From Bryobacterales bacterium (lineage in GTDB: Bacteria > Acidobacteriota > Terriglobia > Bryobacterales > UBA6623): DNA of 64,000 bases. The position numbers were made by a program, and so were the translations under genes. The stretch is from assembly GCA_963422375.2 (NCBI GenBank), contig OY729427.2:224001-288000 (forward strand), given 5' to 3'. The notes below the pieces were generated by a model. The model made no database searches. It saw only the letters and a list, made by a program, of their open reading frames with translations, and was not told the DNA's origin. How positions within the stretch are numbered: position 1 is the first letter of the stretch; each line of letters opens with the position of its first letter. This document shows positions 12,495-21,799 of this stretch, piece by piece.

Positions 12495-13259
12495 TCAGCG
12501 GATCGGCGAGAACGGCAGGCCGGCCAGGTGGATGTTCGACACGGTCGAGACGATGTCGGCGTTGCCCCAGCCGGGGCGGCTCTTGATCCGGTTCCAGCCC
12601 TCGCTGGACCCGAACGTAGACCAAGCCTCGCCGCGGGCATCCATGTCGGCGTAGTGCGACATGTAGACCAGGCTCGGCATGTGGGAGCCGACGATCGTCT
12701 CGCCGAAGAACAGGGGATGGATGCCGCAGTCGCGGAAGATGGCGATCTCCTCCTCGTTGAACATCCGCATCTTCTCCCGCGTGTCGCGGAAGGTCTCCTG
12801 CTCGTAGGTCCGCAGATCGAAGACCCGCGGCTTGTCGGCGGGGTCCGGCACCTCGATCGCCCTCATTCCGTCGAACGCGCGCAGCAGCCAGCTCTCGACG
12901 CGGTCGTACGCCGCGCGGTCGTCCGACCCGAAGTCGTCCTCGACGGCGCTCCAGAGCTTGTCCGCGCGCTGGGCCGCCAGCTTGGCCGCCATGTCGGCGA
13001 GCGAATCGTAGGCGGCGAGCGTGTAGACGCGCGGGGTGAACTCCCCGAGCGTAACGCGGAAGTACCCCTGGACGATGCCCGCCCGCTGCGTCATCGGCAG
13101 GTGCTCCGCCTCCAAGAACCCCGTGAGACGGCCGTACTGGTCCGCCTTCGAGTAGCGCAGCCGGTAGCAGCGCAGCTCGAAGATCTGGTTGCCCTCGCCC
13201 TCGGCGGCCGCGGCCAGGCCCGCCGCGGACGAGGTAGCGATGAAGTCTCGCCGGTCCAT
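12495..13259 (-). CDS. NIPSNAP-family protein with two domains and a Tat signal
   Basis: MDRRDFI Tat motif; FELRCY and FDLRTY repeats; FFGETIVGSHMPSLVYM. Confidence 0.85.
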   Translation of the reverse strand: MDRRDFIATSSAAGLAAAAEGEGNQIFELRCYRLRYSKADQYGRLTGFLEAEHLPMTQRAGIVQGYFRVTLGEFTPRVYTLAAYDSLADMAAKLAAQRADKLWSAVEDDFGSDDRAAYDRVESWLLRAFDGMRAIEVPDPADKPRVFDLRTYEQETFRDTREKMRMFNEEEIAIFRDCGIHPLFFGETIVGSHMPSLVYMSHYADMDARGEAWSTFGSSEGWNRIKSRPGWGNADIVSTVSNIHLAGLPFSPIR

Positions 13260-13313
13260 GCCCCCTTATAGCACCCGCGAGCGGTCCGACGCGAGAGCCA
13301 CGCGGCGCATTGG

Positions 13314-14744
13314 CTAGCGGAAGATCGAGCGCCGACGGAAGAAGGCCGGCTTCTCGGCCGTCTGATCCTCTTCGTCGGGCTCGTCCCTCGCCCGGATGTT
13401 CGGCGGCGGCATGAACTCGAAGGGAGACCGTCCCGACTGGCCCTCCGCGGCGTCGGGATTCCTGTTCGGCGCCGACGCGGGCGGGGCGCTCTCGGGCGCC
13501 GCGGGCGGCTGCGTCTCGACGCGCGGCGGACTGGCTTGCGGCACCTGCGCGGGCGCCACCGGCGCATGGCGCGCCGCGGAGGCCTCCGGGGCTCCGTGCT
13601 CGGAGCCGAGCAGATCCGCCACGCCTTCCGACTGCCACGCCGGCTGGCGCTCGTCGAAGCGCGGCTTGTGGCTCATCTCGCGGCCGCGCGATATCCGTGG
13701 CAGGCTGTCCTTCGCGAAGCCCGACGCGATCATCATCACGCGCACGACCTCTCCCATCGAGTCGTCCCGCACGACCCCCACGGTCAGGTCGGCGTCGGTC
13801 GCGATCTCGCGCTGGATGAGCTGGATCGCCTCGCTGGCGTCGTGCATGCCGAACTGGCTGGAACCGGTGATGTTGACCAGAACCTTGGTGGCGCGCGCCA
13901 GCCCGCCGTGCTCCATCACCGGGCAGCTGATCGCGTCCCTGGCCGCCTGCATGGCCGAGTCGCGCCCGCCGCGCTCGGAGGCACCGACGAAGGCCGGGCC
14001 GGCCTCCTGCAGGACCGCCTTGACGTCGGCGAAGTCGGTGTTCATGACCCCCTTCTTGGAGATGATGTCGGTGATGCCCACCAAGGTCTCGGTGGCGATC
14101 GCGTTGGCCACGAGGAAGCTGTCGAAGAAGCCGCTGCCCGCCTCGGCCTGGTCCAGCAGGCGCTCGTTGGGGATCACGATCACGGTGTCGACCTGCTCCA
14201 GCAGCGTCTCGAGCCCGTCGGCGGCGGTCTGCGCCCGCCGCTTGCCCTCAAAGCTGAACGGCTTGACCGCGGCCGCGACCGTCAGCGCGCCCATCTGCTT
14301 GGCCAGGGAGGCGATGACCGGTCCCGCGCCGGTCCCAGTTCCGCCTCCAAGGCCGAGGGTGATGTAGACCATGTCCGCGTCGCCGAGCAACTCGCTGATC
14401 TCCTCGGTGTTCTCCAGGGCCGCCTCGCGCCCCACATCGGGGCTCGAGCCGGTCCCGTAGCCTTGGGTCACGCGCTGGCCCATGCACAGCTTGACGGGCG
14501 CGCGGGACGACTTGAGCGCCTGCTCGTCCGTGTTCACGCAGGCGAATTCGACGCCCGCGACGCCGTTGGCGATCATGTAGTCCACGATGTTGCCCCCGCA
14601 GCCGCCGATCCCGATCACCTTGATCCTGATGGCGCTGTGGGGAACCTCTTCCAGCGTGAACTTGAGGCCGTCGGAACGGGCCTCTTCGGCCGGTTCGGCC
14701 TCCGGGGCGGCCGGCAGAGCCTCCGCTTCCTTGATTTCGGTCAT
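13314..14744 (-). CDS. ftsZ: Cell division protein FtsZ
   Basis: GGGTGTG signature, NTDFADV T7 loop, long linker and C-terminal KPAFFRRR. Confidence 0.98.
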   Translation of the reverse strand: MTEIKEAEALPAAPEAEPAEEARSDGLKFTLEEVPHSAIRIKVIGIGGCGGNIVDYMIANGVAGVEFACVNTDEQALKSSRAPVKLCMGQRVTQGYGTGSSPDVGREAALENTEEISELLGDADMVYITLGLGGGTGTGAGPVIASLAKQMGALTVAAAVKPFSFEGKRRAQTAADGLETLLEQVDTVIVIPNERLLDQAEAGSGFFDSFLVANAIATETLVGITDIISKKGVMNTDFADVKAVLQEAGPAFVGASERGGRDSAMQAARDAISCPVMEHGGLARATKVLVNITGSSQFGMHDASEAIQLIQREIATDADLTVGVVRDDSMGEVVRVMMIASGFAKDSLPRISRGREMSHKPRFDERQPAWQSEGVADLLGSEHGAPEASAARHAPVAPAQVPQASPPRVETQPPAAPESAPPASAPNRNPDAAEGQSGRSPFEFMPPPNIRARDEPDEEDQTAEKPAFFRRRSIFR

Positions 14745-15973
14745 GCTACTTGTTCCTCGAACTGAATTTCTGCGTGAGCGCTGCGGTCCGCCTCGGCGTC
14801 CGCGGGCCTGTAAGCCAGGCGGTAGGCGTACAGAACCAAGCCTGCGGCGCAGGCCCAGCCCGGGCTGCGCAGGGCCGCGGGCAGGTTGTCCGGGCGGGTC
14901 GGAACGCCGATGCGGCTCCGCAGCCCGATGATCGATTGCGCCATGTCCCGGATGCCGGGCAGTTCCGCCGCGTCGCCCGTGATCACCAGAGAGCTGACCG
15001 AGCCGTTGGCTAGCCCCTCGTGACGAAGCTCGTCATGCACCAGCGTCAGGCATTCCTCGACGCGTAGCGCGATGATCTTGTCCAGCATGTCCCGCGGCCA
15101 CAGGCGCCCGCGCTGGGCCGGGGAGCTGCTGACTTCGCTGCCGGGAACGAAGACGTACGCCCCCGTGAGCCGCTCGCTATACGCGGCGCTCCCGAAGTCC
15201 GCGATGAGCGACGAGGCAACGCTGGGATCCGTGGCGAAGGCGCGGGACACGTCGCCGACCAGGTGGTCGCGGCCGACGGGGAGCCCGGTCGCCAACCGCA
15301 GCCCGCCCCCGCAGTACGCCGTCAGGGTGCTCGAATTCTTGCCGATCTCCAAGTGGGCCACGCCCCCGCCAACTTCGGCTTGCGAGAGCGTGCAGTATGC
15401 CGAGGCGAACCCGGCCAGCACTGTCTCCTCCACGCTGATGCTCGCGTTGTTGACCACCCGCCGCACGGCGTCGTGCTCGGCCTGGTGCGTCGAGATCAGG
15501 CGCACGTAGGCGTCGAGGCGGTCGGCCGGGTAGCCGACAGGGTTCTGGAGCCCGGCCCGGTCGCCGGCCACGAACTCCAGCGGCACCAGCTGCAGCACCG
15601 TCGCGCTGGTGCTGACGAGCCCGGCGGCGGCCCGCCGGATTACGTTGGCGACGTCGCCCATCTCGACCGTTCGCTGGCCGAGCGTCAGGCGGACGGTGGA
15701 ATGCACCATGCTGCTGCGCACCTGCGCCCCGCCCAGGCCCACCACGGCGGAATGCACCGTCAAGCCGCCGTCGTGCTCGGCCTCGCAGACGGCCTCCAGC
15801 ACCGCCTCGGGTGTGAGCTGCGGGGTGCGGAGGTCGTCGTCGTCCCACCGGATGGGGGGCATCGACCCGCAGCTGAGGAAGCGCAGCGCGGGCCCGTCGG
15901 CCGCAGCAACCAGGCAGCGCGTCTGCGCGCCGTTCATATCGATCCCGACGAAGGTGTCGTGCTTGTCTGTCAT
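14741..15973 (-). CDS. ftsA: Cell division protein FtsA (divergent)
   Basis: Between ftsQ and ftsZ with ATGA overlaps; EAEHDGG, QNPVG and IIALRVEE segments; actin-fold motif order retained. Confidence 0.88.
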   Translation of the reverse strand: MTDKHDTFVGIDMNGAQTRCLVAAADGPALRFLSCGSMPPIRWDDDDLRTPQLTPEAVLEAVCEAEHDGGLTVHSAVVGLGGAQVRSSMVHSTVRLTLGQRTVEMGDVANVIRRAAAGLVSTSATVLQLVPLEFVAGDRAGLQNPVGYPADRLDAYVRLISTHQAEHDAVRRVVNNASISVEETVLAGFASAYCTLSQAEVGGGVAHLEIGKNSSTLTAYCGGGLRLATGLPVGRDHLVGDVSRAFATDPSVASSLIADFGSAAYSERLTGAYVFVPGSEVSSSPAQRGRLWPRDMLDKIIALRVEECLTLVHDELRHEGLANGSVSSLVITGDAAELPGIRDMAQSIIGLRSRIGVPTRPDNLPAALRSPGWACAAGLVLYAYRLAYRPADAEADRSAHAEIQFEEQVA

Positions 15974-16836
15974 CCTTTCCCCTTCTCTCCCGCCAAGGGC
16001 CGGATTGCCACTTGCTTCTCGAAGCGAAGATCCACGGCCTCAAGCGGGCCGAACTCCGCTTCCCAGGCTCCGACGTGCGCCAGGTAGACGTCCAGGCGAT
16101 GCGGCAGGTGGCTGTCGCCCATCTGGAGCCGGATCATTTGACTTCGGCGCTTGGCGAGGACGATCGGGTTCGTCGCGTCGGCGAGGTCGACCTCGGAAAC
16201 CGAGCGCCCGACGGCCTGGCTGCGGTCGTTGAAGACGCGCATGACCTCCTGGAACACCCGGACGCGCCGGCGCCGCTCGGCGAGCGGCATGTCCGCCGCA
16301 ATGCCGCTCAGCACGGGAAGCGATCCGCCCGACCCGCCCCGCGGATCCAGGATCGCCCCGTCGGCGTCGATCATGAAGACGGAACTGGAAGATGCCAGCC
16401 GCAGGAACGCTACCGCCTCGCGCTCTTCGATCACCCCGGCCAGGGTATGGGGCCAGACCCGCGCGACGCGGGCGCTCCGGACCCAAGGGAGCGCCCGGAG
16501 CTGGGCCTGGCGGGCCGAGAGGTCGACGGAGGCCAGGCTAGCGCCGAGATCCCCGGCGAACACCGCGGCCACTTCGTCCTCGGAGATCGCCGAGACCCCG
16601 CTGATGCGCAGCGCTTCGCGCCGCGGCTCCAAGCGGAAGGCCGCGGACTGCAGCACGTAGGCATGCGCGAACCACCACAGCGAGACCGCCGCGACCAGCA
16701 GCCCGGCCAGCCGCAGCGCGGCGCGCCGGGCCGCGGGACTCGGCCGGAACGCGGGAACGGCCCTGAGCGGCCTGTCCGCGCGCAGGTAGGCCGTCGCGTC
16801 GTTGCCCCGCTTGCGGGCGCTGCCTCGCTTCGCCAT
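15970..16836 (-). CDS. ftsQ: Cell division protein FtsQ/DivIB
   Basis: Basic N-terminus, one TM helix, POTRA motif LPWVRSARVARVWPH and C-terminal VDLRFEKQV. Confidence 0.9.
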   Translation of the reverse strand: MAKRGSARKRGNDATAYLRADRPLRAVPAFRPSPAARRAALRLAGLLVAAVSLWWFAHAYVLQSAAFRLEPRREALRISGVSAISEDEVAAVFAGDLGASLASVDLSARQAQLRALPWVRSARVARVWPHTLAGVIEEREAVAFLRLASSSSVFMIDADGAILDPRGGSGGSLPVLSGIAADMPLAERRRRVRVFQEVMRVFNDRSQAVGRSVSEVDLADATNPIVLAKRRSQMIRLQMGDSHLPHRLDVYLAHVGAWEAEFGPLEAVDLRFEKQVAIRPLAGEKGKG

Positions 16837-18275
16837 CAGCTTCGACGCGCTCCTTCTAGGTCCGGCAGGCGCGTCGGCGGCGGCGCCTGGGCGCCGCTCA
16901 GGAAACCCTCCCCGGCCTGCCAGACGTTGCCCGCTCCAAGGGTGATCAGGGCCTCGCCGGGCCCGGCGCAGGCGATGGCCCGCTGAACCGCGTCCTGCAT
17001 CGACGGGCAATAGCTCGCCCGGGGATGTCCGGCGCGGACGATCTTCTCGACCAAGTTCGGGCTGCACACGCCCGGCAGCGGATCCTCGCCGGCGGAGTAG
17101 AAGTCGACGACCCAGAGGCGGTCGCATTCCGCGAAGCACTCGGCGAACTCTTCCTCCAGGTCCTTGACGCGGCTGTAGCGGTGCGGCTGGAAGATCACGT
17201 TGACCCCCCGGAATCCGCACGTGGCGGCTGCCGCTAGCGTGGCCCGGATCTCGGTGGGGTGATGGCCGTAGTCGTCGATCACGGTCACTCCCCGTTCCAC
17301 GCCCCGCGTCTGGAAGCGCCGGTCGACCCCGCCGAACTCCGCGAGGCCGGCCCGAATCCGGTCCACGGGAACCTCGAGCTGGAAGCCCACCAGCACGGCC
17401 GCCATGGCGTTGCGCACCGTGTGCAGGCCGACGCCGCGCACGTGGAAGCGCCCCAGATCCTCGCCTCGCAGCGCCAGGCGGAACGACGCCTCGCCGACGC
17501 CGAGCTCGATGTCGTCCGCCACCAGATCCGCCGTGGGCGACACGGCCCGCAAGCCGTAGGTCACGCGGCGCCTGCGGATGCGGCCGGCCACCCGCTTCGC
17601 CAGCGGGTCGTCCTCGCACACCACCGCCGCGCCGTAGAAGGGGACGCTGTTGGCGAAGTCCTCGAACGCCTGCATCAGGCTGCCCAAGGAGCCGTAGTGG
17701 TCCATGTGCTCGCGATCGATGTTCGTGATCACGGCCACCACCGGATCGAGCTCGAGGAAGGAGCCGTCCGACTCGTCGGCCTCGACGAGCAGGTAGTCGC
17801 TCTTGCCGAGGCGGGCGTTCGAGCCGATCGAGGCGACGCGCCCGCCGATGACCACCGTGGGATCCTTGCGGCCCGCGCTGAGCACAGCCGCGCAGATCGA
17901 CGAGGTCGACGTCTTGCCGTGGCTGCCGGCGACGGCGACGCCGTACTTGACCCGCATCAGCTCGGCCAGGAGCTGGCCGCGGGAGATCACGGGCAGCCGG
18001 CGCTGGCGCGCCGCAACCAGTTCGGGGTTGTTGCCCGGAATCGCGGAACTCGTAACCACCGCCTCCGGGTCGGCCAAGTTCTGAGCGGCGTGGCCGATGC
18101 GGACCTCGGCGCCCAAGCCGCGGAGGCGCTCGGTGATCGGCGATTCGCGCAGGTCCGAACCAGTCACCGCGTGGCCGAGATCGAGCAGGATCTCGGCGAT
18201 GCCGCTCATGCCGATCCCCCCGATGCCGACGAAGTGCAGCCGGCGTTTCTTGAATGCGTCCTTGTTGAACAGCAT
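16836..18275 (-). CDS. murC: UDP-N-acetylmuramate--L-alanine ligase
   Basis: GIGGIGMSG, GSHGKTST, EADESDGSF, DDYGHHPTEI and FQPHRYSR motifs. Confidence 0.98.
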   Translation of the reverse strand: MLFNKDAFKKRRLHFVGIGGIGMSGIAEILLDLGHAVTGSDLRESPITERLRGLGAEVRIGHAAQNLADPEAVVTSSAIPGNNPELVAARQRRLPVISRGQLLAELMRVKYGVAVAGSHGKTSTSSICAAVLSAGRKDPTVVIGGRVASIGSNARLGKSDYLLVEADESDGSFLELDPVVAVITNIDREHMDHYGSLGSLMQAFEDFANSVPFYGAAVVCEDDPLAKRVAGRIRRRRVTYGLRAVSPTADLVADDIELGVGEASFRLALRGEDLGRFHVRGVGLHTVRNAMAAVLVGFQLEVPVDRIRAGLAEFGGVDRRFQTRGVERGVTVIDDYGHHPTEIRATLAAAATCGFRGVNVIFQPHRYSRVKDLEEEFAECFAECDRLWVVDFYSAGEDPLPGVCSPNLVEKIVRAGHPRASYCPSMQDAVQRAIACAGPGEALITLGAGNVWQAGEGFLSGAQAPPPTRLPDLEGARRS

Positions 18276-18277
18276 GG

Positions 18278-19387
18278 CTATGTAGCTCCTCCTGCCCGGG
18301 CGGCGGCCTCAGCGACCGCCGTCGCGGCGTCGTGCGTGGCTCGCGCCGGAGCCAACTGGGCCAGAGCGGCCGCCATCGCGGCGAGCCGTTCGGGATTCTG
18401 CGACAGGCTGGCGATCACCTGCGCCATGCGCCGGCCCGTCCAGTCGGCGTCGTCGACGAGCAGCGCGCCGCCCGCGGCCTCCAGCGCCGCGCCGTTGGCG
18501 CGCTGGTGGTCGTCGGCGGCAAAGGGAAACGGCACCAGCACGGCGGGCTTGCGCGCCGCGCACAGTTCCGCGCTCACCGAGGCGCCGGCGCGGCAGATCA
18601 CGAGATCGGCCTGCGCGAAGCGGGCCGGGATGTCGTCGAAGAAAGCGGCCGTGTCGGCTCCGATGCCGAGACCGGCGTAGGCCGCGGCGACCTCCCGGAG
18701 CTGCCGCTCGCCCGTCTGGTGAATGATCCGGGGCGCCTCCCGGCCCTCCCGGCTCCAGATGCGAGCCGCGTCCACGGCCGCCCGGTTGAGACGCGCCGCG
18801 CCCTGGCTCCCGCCGAGAATCAGAACCGTGAACGGCCCGTCCGGGCGATGCCCGGCAGCGCGGAAGAACTCGCTCCGCACGGGCATCCCGCTGACCCGGC
18901 TCGTCGCGGCGCGGAAGAAGCCCGCCGCCCGCGGGTGCGCCAGCAGCGCCCGCCTGGCCGCCGGCCCGGCGAGGCGGTTCGCGAGGCCCGGGGTCGCGTT
19001 CGGCTCGAGCAAGACCAGCGGCACGTCGAGCAGGGCGCAGGCGACCACGAGGGGCCCGGCGGCGTAGCCGCCTAGGCTCAGGGCCGCGGCCGGCCGGGCG
19101 CGCAGCACGAGCGCGACCGCCGCGGCCAGCGCCCGGGGAGCCGCCAGCAGCGAGGCCAGCCTGCGGCGCAGGCTGACCCGGTTCCACGAGACCACCGGCA
19201 CGTGGCACAGGCGGAAGCCCGCCGCCGGCACCAGCCGGTTTTCGAAGCCGCGCGCCGTGCCGACGAAGACGCATTCCCACCCGCGCGCGCGCAGCTCCTT
19301 CGCCACTTCGACGCCGGGAATGACGTGCCCTCCGGTGCCTCCCGCGGCGATGAGCACGCGCCGCCGCCCGCTCCAGCGCGCCTTCAT
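18278..19387 (-). CDS. murG: Undecaprenyl-PP-MurNAc-pentapeptide GlcNAc transferase
   Basis: GGTGGHV, GGSQGA, CRAGAS and DDHQRAN motifs. Confidence 0.97.
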   Translation of the reverse strand: MKARWSGRRRVLIAAGGTGGHVIPGVEVAKELRARGWECVFVGTARGFENRLVPAAGFRLCHVPVVSWNRVSLRRRLASLLAAPRALAAAVALVLRARPAAALSLGGYAAGPLVVACALLDVPLVLLEPNATPGLANRLAGPAARRALLAHPRAAGFFRAATSRVSGMPVRSEFFRAAGHRPDGPFTVLILGGSQGAARLNRAAVDAARIWSREGREAPRIIHQTGERQLREVAAAYAGLGIGADTAAFFDDIPARFAQADLVICRAGASVSAELCAARKPAVLVPFPFAADDHQRANGAALEAAGGALLVDDADWTGRRMAQVIASLSQNPERLAAMAAALAQLAPARATHDAATAVAEAAARAGGAT

Positions 19388-20460
19388 CGTCCGAACCTGC
19401 TGATGTTGAGCAGCACTCCCGAGGAGGCGAGCACGGTCATCAGCGACGAGCCGCCGTAGCTGATGAACGGAAGGGGCAAGCCCTTGGTGGGAAGCAGCCC
19501 CAGGACGACGCCGATATTCAGCGCCGCCTGGGAGACGATCATGACGGTGATGCCGCCCGCCAGATAGGCGCCGAACAGGTCGGGGGCCCCGAACGCGGCG
19601 CGCAGGCCGCGCCACAGGAACAGCCCGAACGCGACGACGACCAGCAGCGTGCCGATCAGGCCCAGTTCCTCGGCCACCATCGCGAAGATGAAGTCCGTGT
19701 GGGCCTCGGGCAGGAAGTGCATCTTCTGCTTGCCCGCCATCCACCCCTGGCCCATCCAGCCGCCGGACCCGACCGCGATCTTCGACTGGAGGATCTGGAA
19801 GCCGCTGCCCAGCGGATCCGCCTCCGGGTCGAGGAACGCGAGGATGCGGGTGCGCCGGTACTCGACCTGCCACACCACCACGTACAGCGCCGGAATCGCC
19901 GGGAGCAGGCAGAGCGCCATGTAGGCGGCGGGCACGCCGGCTATGAAGAGCATCGACCCGGCCAGGATCAGCAGGCAGGCCGTGGTGCCGAAGTCCCTGC
20001 CGATCAGGATCAGCGCGGCCAGCAGCCCGATCACGGCCCCGGGCACGAGCAGCGCCGAAGCGCGGTTCATATCCGCGCTCCTGCGTTGCAGGTAGTAGGC
20101 CAGGAACAGGACGGCCGCCGGCTTGGCGAGCTCCGACGGCTGCAGCGAGAGCAGGCCCAGGCGCAGGAAGCGCCTGGTGTTCGCGCCCGTCCCGAGAACC
20201 GCCGCCAGCAGCAGGAGCAGGACGCAGACGCCCAGCGCCGCGCACACCGTCCGCCGGCCGTTCAGATGCCGGTAGTCGAAGAACATCAAGCCGTACAGCG
20301 CCCCGAAACCGATGCCGGCCGCGACGAGCTGCTTGGCGATGTAGAGCGGACTGGATTGCGCGGAGGCCGCGGTGGTACTGTACACCATCATCAGCCCGAA
20401 CATCGCGAGCGACAGGATCGTCCACGCCAGCACGCGGTCGCAGCGGAGCAGCAGCGGCAT
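19384..20460 (-). CDS. ftsW: SEDS peptidoglycan polymerase FtsW
   Basis: QPSELAK, FLPEAHTDFIF and LPFISYGGSS motifs; multi-TM. Confidence 0.97.
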   Translation of the reverse strand: MPLLLRCDRVLAWTILSLAMFGLMMVYSTTAASAQSSPLYIAKQLVAAGIGFGALYGLMFFDYRHLNGRRTVCAALGVCVLLLLLAAVLGTGANTRRFLRLGLLSLQPSELAKPAAVLFLAYYLQRRSADMNRASALLVPGAVIGLLAALILIGRDFGTTACLLILAGSMLFIAGVPAAYMALCLLPAIPALYVVVWQVEYRRTRILAFLDPEADPLGSGFQILQSKIAVGSGGWMGQGWMAGKQKMHFLPEAHTDFIFAMVAEELGLIGTLLVVVAFGLFLWRGLRAAFGAPDLFGAYLAGGITVMIVSQAALNIGVVLGLLPTKGLPLPFISYGGSSLMTVLASSGVLLNISRFGR

Positions 20461-20461
20461 C

Positions 20462-21799
20462 TCAGGCCCTCCGCTCCAGGACGAGGCGCCGGAACTCGCG
20501 GCCCCTCTCGACGTAGTTCGGGAACTGGTCGAAGCTGGCGCAGGCCGGGGCTAGCAGGACCGTGTCGCCAGGGCGCGCCCTTGCCAGCGCGTAGTCCAGA
20601 GCCTCCCGGAGCGTGCCGACATCGACCGTCGGCACGACGCCGTCGATCTGCCCGCGGATCAGGGGAGCGGACTCGCCAACCAGCAGCGCGGCCCGCGCGC
20701 GCGAGCGCAGCGCCCCGGCGAGCGGGGCGTAGTCGGAACCCTTGTCGCGCCCGCCCAGGATCGGCCACAGGCCGGAGGCGAAGGAGCGGCAGGCCTTCAC
20801 CGCGGCGGCCACGTTGGTCGCCTTGGAATCGTTGTAGAAGCTCACCCCGCGCACTTCGGCGACGAACTCCATGCGATGCGGCACCGGCCGGAACGACTGA
20901 AGCGCCCGCCCGATCGCTGAGGGCTCCACGCCCGCCAGCGAGCAGGCGGCCGCGGCCGCGAGCGCGTTCTCCAAGTTGTGGGCCCCCTTGATGGGCAGGT
21001 CCGCGCTTCCGACGTCCTGCCCGCGGAAGAGGATGCGCCCGCCGGCCGCCCACGCGTCCGTGCCGTCGCGACGGTCCTGCCCGAAGCGCACCACGGATCC
21101 GAGCGCCAAGCGCTCCATCTCCCGGCAGCGCGGATCGACGCCGTTCAGGACGGCAAAGTCGCCGGGCCGCTGGTTGCGCAGGATGCGGGCCTTGGCGGCC
21201 GCGTAGCGCCGGAAGCTGCCGTGCCGGTCGAGGTGGTCCGGGGTGACGTTCAGCACGGCGGCCAGGTGGCAGCGGAACGACTCGCAGGCCTCGAGCTGGA
21301 AGCTCGACAGCTCCAGCACGTGCCAGTCGCCCGGGCGGGAAGCGCCCGCGACGGCCAGCACGGGGGTGCCGATGTTTCCCGCCAGCGCTCCGGGCAGGCC
21401 CGACGCCCGCAGCACGTGGTCGACCAGCGCGGCCGTGGTGGTCTTGCCGTTGGTCCCTGTCACGCCGATCACGCGCCCGCGCAGGGCCGTGGCGGCCAGC
21501 TCGAGTTCCCCGCACACGGCCACCCCGCGCTCGCGGGCCCGAACCAGCTCGGGCAGGTCCCAGGGAACGCCGGGCGAGGGAACCACCAGGTCCTGCGCCA
21601 GCACCAGTTCCTCGGGGTGCCCTCCGAAGTGCAGGCTCGCGGCCACGCCGGCGAGGGCCGCCGGAGCCTCGCCGAGAGCCTCGGCCGGGCGCGAGTCCGC
21701 CGCGGCCACCACGGCCCCGCCGGCGGCGAGGAACCGCGCCGCCGCCAGCCCGGACCTGCCCAGGCCGACGACGAGCGCGTGCTTGCCCTTGACGTTCAT
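20462..21799 (-). CDS. murD: UDP-MurNAc-L-Ala--D-glutamate ligase
   Basis: GLGRSG, GTNGKTT, ELSSFQL, DHLDRH, NDSKATN and PACASFDQF motifs. Confidence 0.98.
   Translation of the reverse strand: MNVKGKHALVVGLGRSGLAAARFLAAGGAVVAAADSRPAEALGEAPAALAGVAASLHFGGHPEELVLAQDLVVPSPGVPWDLPELVRARERGVAVCGELELAATALRGRVIGVTGTNGKTTTAALVDHVLRASGLPGALAGNIGTPVLAVAGASRPGDWHVLELSSFQLEACESFRCHLAAVLNVTPDHLDRHGSFRRYAAAKARILRNQRPGDFAVLNGVDPRCREMERLALGSVVRFGQDRRDGTDAWAAGGRILFRGQDVGSADLPIKGAHNLENALAAAAACSLAGVEPSAIGRALQSFRPVPHRMEFVAEVRGVSFYNDSKATNVAAAVKACRSFASGLWPILGGRDKGSDYAPLAGALRSRARAALLVGESAPLIRGQIDGVVPTVDVGTLREALDYALARARPGDTVLLAPACASFDQFPNYVERGREFRRLVLERRA

Noticed and set aside
15970..18275. murB and ddl missing between murC and ftsQ
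   Set aside because: These genes often lie outside the dcw cluster; absence from this window does not show loss.
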